Origin: Phoronis australis
Taxonomy: Eukaryota > Animalia > Phoronida
Length of the DNA: 64,000 bases
Assembly: GCA_002633005.1 (NCBI GenBank)
Contig: NMRA01000050.1
Location: 1,223,395-1,287,394 of the forward strand
Direction: 5' to 3'
Shown here: positions 60,901 to 64,000 of the stretch, in pieces
Layout of the letters: each line of letters starts with the position of its first letter
Position numbering within the stretch: position 1 is the stretch's first letter
Made by a program: the position numbers and the translations under genes
Notes under the pieces: generated by a model
Databases searched by the model: none
Told to the model about the DNA's origin: nothing
The model's input: only the letters and a program-made list of their open reading frames with translations

Positions 60901-63900
60901 GCCCAGCTCCGTTCTACATTTTTGTTATTGTTTACAATCCGACTCCATTAATGTACACCCATGATATCAGTATTTTCTGAATCCTCTTGTCATGCACATT
61001 TCAAAAATACATAGCACGTACCTATTGGTGTCTTCCTTGTCATGCAGTTTGCGTTTTTTGGAGGTTTTTTCACCCGTTCATTTCCTATCGCGTTGTCTCT
61101 TTGCCGCTGCCATTTTATAATTGGATGCGACACCTATAGGTAGATAGGTAAACTACTACTGTAGGCCTGTTCTCTTTTCCGGGGTTTAAATATCTTTGCG
61201 CCTCCGTGCAAGCAGACTGAAATGTAGGCTCGAACTTTCAGAAACTTGGACCTTTGAATTTTTGTAAGAGAAAAAATCAGGGTTAACAACGATCGCAAGG
61301 TTTCATGGTTTTCATTAGTTTCTGCGTATGTGGACCTCTTTGAACCCAACTAAAATGTCGAGAACGGTCTATGATACCATGGGGTGGAGCCAACACTTTG
61401 TCTTGGGCAATCGCTTAAACCGGCCACGACTGCATACGCACACCAGCCCGGGGTGTGTGGGTAGTAGGCCCATTCCCCCTCCTCCCCCCCCCCCCCCCNC
61501 TCCTTCTACTAAAATTCGCATACAGCTTGGTGCACGAAGTCTACAAGCATTAATGTCTGTTGCTGTAGCGGATCTAGGATACCATGCATAGGCGGATTTA
61601 GGGGGGGTCACGGTTCAGGCCCCCACCCCCCATTCATCCCCTAGATCGGCCAGTGCAGAGGGGGGTGACATTCCGGTATTTCCTCATGCTGGTTCATTTT
61701 GCTTGCGGCTTGCCCAGGGAGAGGTGGGGCCGGGCTGGCCCGCTTCCTACTAATTCGCCGGCCTACACTATGTGATTGTTCCATTGTGTTATGAGATGAA
61801 TACTTGAATATGCTTGTGTGTTTTTAAATAAAAAGGCATTCTGTAACATCAGTACCCGGAAGGTCCAACAGTGTTGTAGCGTCACAAGAATTGATTAGAA
61901 TCTTGGACGCCAAAAGGGTGTGGCACTAATTCAAATGTAGGTCTGAAATGACTGAACTTGAAAACAATACCAAATAAAATTATACTAATGGTAATTATAT
62001 TTACTAGACAAAAATGAAAAATGAAAAATGTAATAAACGAAACAGCTGAACACCCGTGTTCAGCGACCTACCCGCTACGACACAGGTGGTACCGAGCGAC
62101 AAGGAAAACAAATCCACGAAAGTTACTTTGAATTACGCGCCACTCGGTGTAAAGGTAGAAACTCCACGCAGCAACTACGGCAAATGTTGTGACTCGATAC
62201 ACAGTTCATTATTGTGTCATGGACCGTGGCGACACCTACGGGTGTGTGTGGGTCAACGAAGTACGCAAGGCATTCACTATGGCCGATCTTAGTTTGCCAA
62301 ATTCAAAATTGTCAGTGAAGTGTCTTTGTTTAAAATATTGAAAACAAAAAACACGAGCACTGTAATGGAAAAATACACATAGGCAAAATATAGAGTAAAC
62401 CAAGAAAAAATTTGGGAAGCAAAGGTAATATAAATTACGAGAAATAAATCATAACCAAGAGGGAGGCTCAGTAATAAGAGCTGAGCTGATGAAAGTAGGT
62501 TATTGGAGAATGTGCAGGTACCGAACCTGTAGGATTTTTTAAAGGGGGTTCGGATAATGATTTTTTAAGAAAGGTGGCCCAAGTCAACAATTTGAAAATT
62601 CTAGCATTGATATCACTACAATCAAGGAAAATGGGGGGTCCAGACCCCTTTAACCTGCCACCCTGGATCTGCCTGTACTCAACTGATTTGGTAAATCTTT
62701 TAGGCATTTTTTTGTTCTTTACTCACAGTTTTTATATTTTTCTATCATTTTATCTTGATTATGAACTCCTCTTTTGACTTAATAATATAACTAAAAACTG
62801 AGCTCTTAATTCAGTCAAAACATTTAGGGACTTAGTCCTTAAATTAGGTGCATTGCATGAAAAGATCCCCACTTATTTTCAATCATTGAGAATTCTACGG
62901 TCTCTGGTAGGTCCTAGCGTTAGGGAACCAGGTTAATGAAGGCCCAGGTGGCACTGAATAGTTAGGCTGCGGCCGCGGCCAATTTGCACTGCCAAAATAT
63001 AGAAATTTTGGGGTAGGCCAAGTTTGGGGGCATTTTGTAGGTGGGCATTGCACGTAGGCTCAGTGAATGTGGTTTGTTTGTATTTGTGAACATGCTGTGA
63101 ATAAAAAAAGGCCACTTTCTTGGCTGTAGCTGCACTCTTCTTCAAGATGGCGGCCCCCGGTTGCAATTGTGCATTGTTGGGTAGCGACCGAGAAATTTGC
63201 TGTGATTTATTTAGCCCTCAAACAAGCCAGAATTGCCAAAAAAAAATAGTTGCCGTGGTTGACAGTACTTTTGGACCACATTTTCGGAATCGGTAGGAAA
63301 TTTGCTTTCAGACTCTAATGTTGGTTTTAGTCGTGCATCGGCAGGGAAGTGGTGTTTTTCGGGGTGAAAAGTGCCGATTTTGCATTTTTTTGCCCTTATT
63401 TTTCTTAGTCTAGCTTGATTTTCAGTGGGAATGAAATGGTCAAAAATACAAGAAAGAATAAAGTTTCTGTGCTCATCTGCTGGGCTTTTTATGTATTTTA
63501 GGGTTAGAGTGCCGTAGAAATTCAGAAGGCTGGTTATTTTTTTCCACGAAGTCGCACTCTTTTAATGGTATGAAATGAGATACTTTTTGTTTGTTAGTCG
63601 TCTTCAGGACATTATTAATGACAATTTACACAGAGAATGCGTGAGACATTATTAACCCAAATAAGCCAATCCGGTTTTTGTTTATTCATTATTTATAGCT
63701 TTTTTTTGAATGTGTAAGCTAAATACTTGTTCATTGAACTCAATAAAAGTAAAATAATACTTGTTATGAACAATAGGGATAAAAAACACCCCCTCAACAG
63801 GCTTCATGTACATTTCAAGTAATTCAAGTTGAGAAAAACGTTATATGCATCCCAAAATATGACTGAAGCTATGCAAGGTGACCTGACAGCTTAGGAATGC

Positions 63901-64000
63901 ACTAGTGTCACAATTTTATAAATAGTTCTTTTTTCATGGTTGAATGTGAGGTCTGTCATTAGGTAACTATAAAAGTGTGGATCTCAAAAATGATAACAAA

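Overview
Repeat-rich eukaryotic (invertebrate animal, probably lophotrochozoan/mollusc-like; inference) genomic DNA with spliceosomal introns, so the ORF track misses most real genes. Manual splicing of the minus strand gives four host genes: (1) a complete 7-exon secreted Cu/Zn-SOD-fold gene (9480-14822) with a His-rich N-terminal extension and substitutions at one Cu ligand and the catalytic Arg, resembling cavortin/dominin/pernin; (2) an intronless aldo-keto reductase (23711-24670); (3) a TRAF2-like gene (RING, zinc fingers, coiled coil; 40891-57031) that uses a GC-AG intron and whose MATH domain stops after about 25 residues; (4) immediately downstream, phase-compatible exons encoding a divergent death-effector domain (34900-37616), possibly forming a TRAF-DED fusion. 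The rest is a mosaic of transposon relics: Kolobok-like, hAT, Academ-like, Tc1/pogo-like, a 5-bp-TSD MITE family, three LINE fragments, a gag-only element, and a foldback carrying two minimal hammerhead ribozymes. Three apparent tandem duplications centred on single Ns are probably assembly artefacts. All gene models come from reading the sequence by eye and are not transcript-verified.
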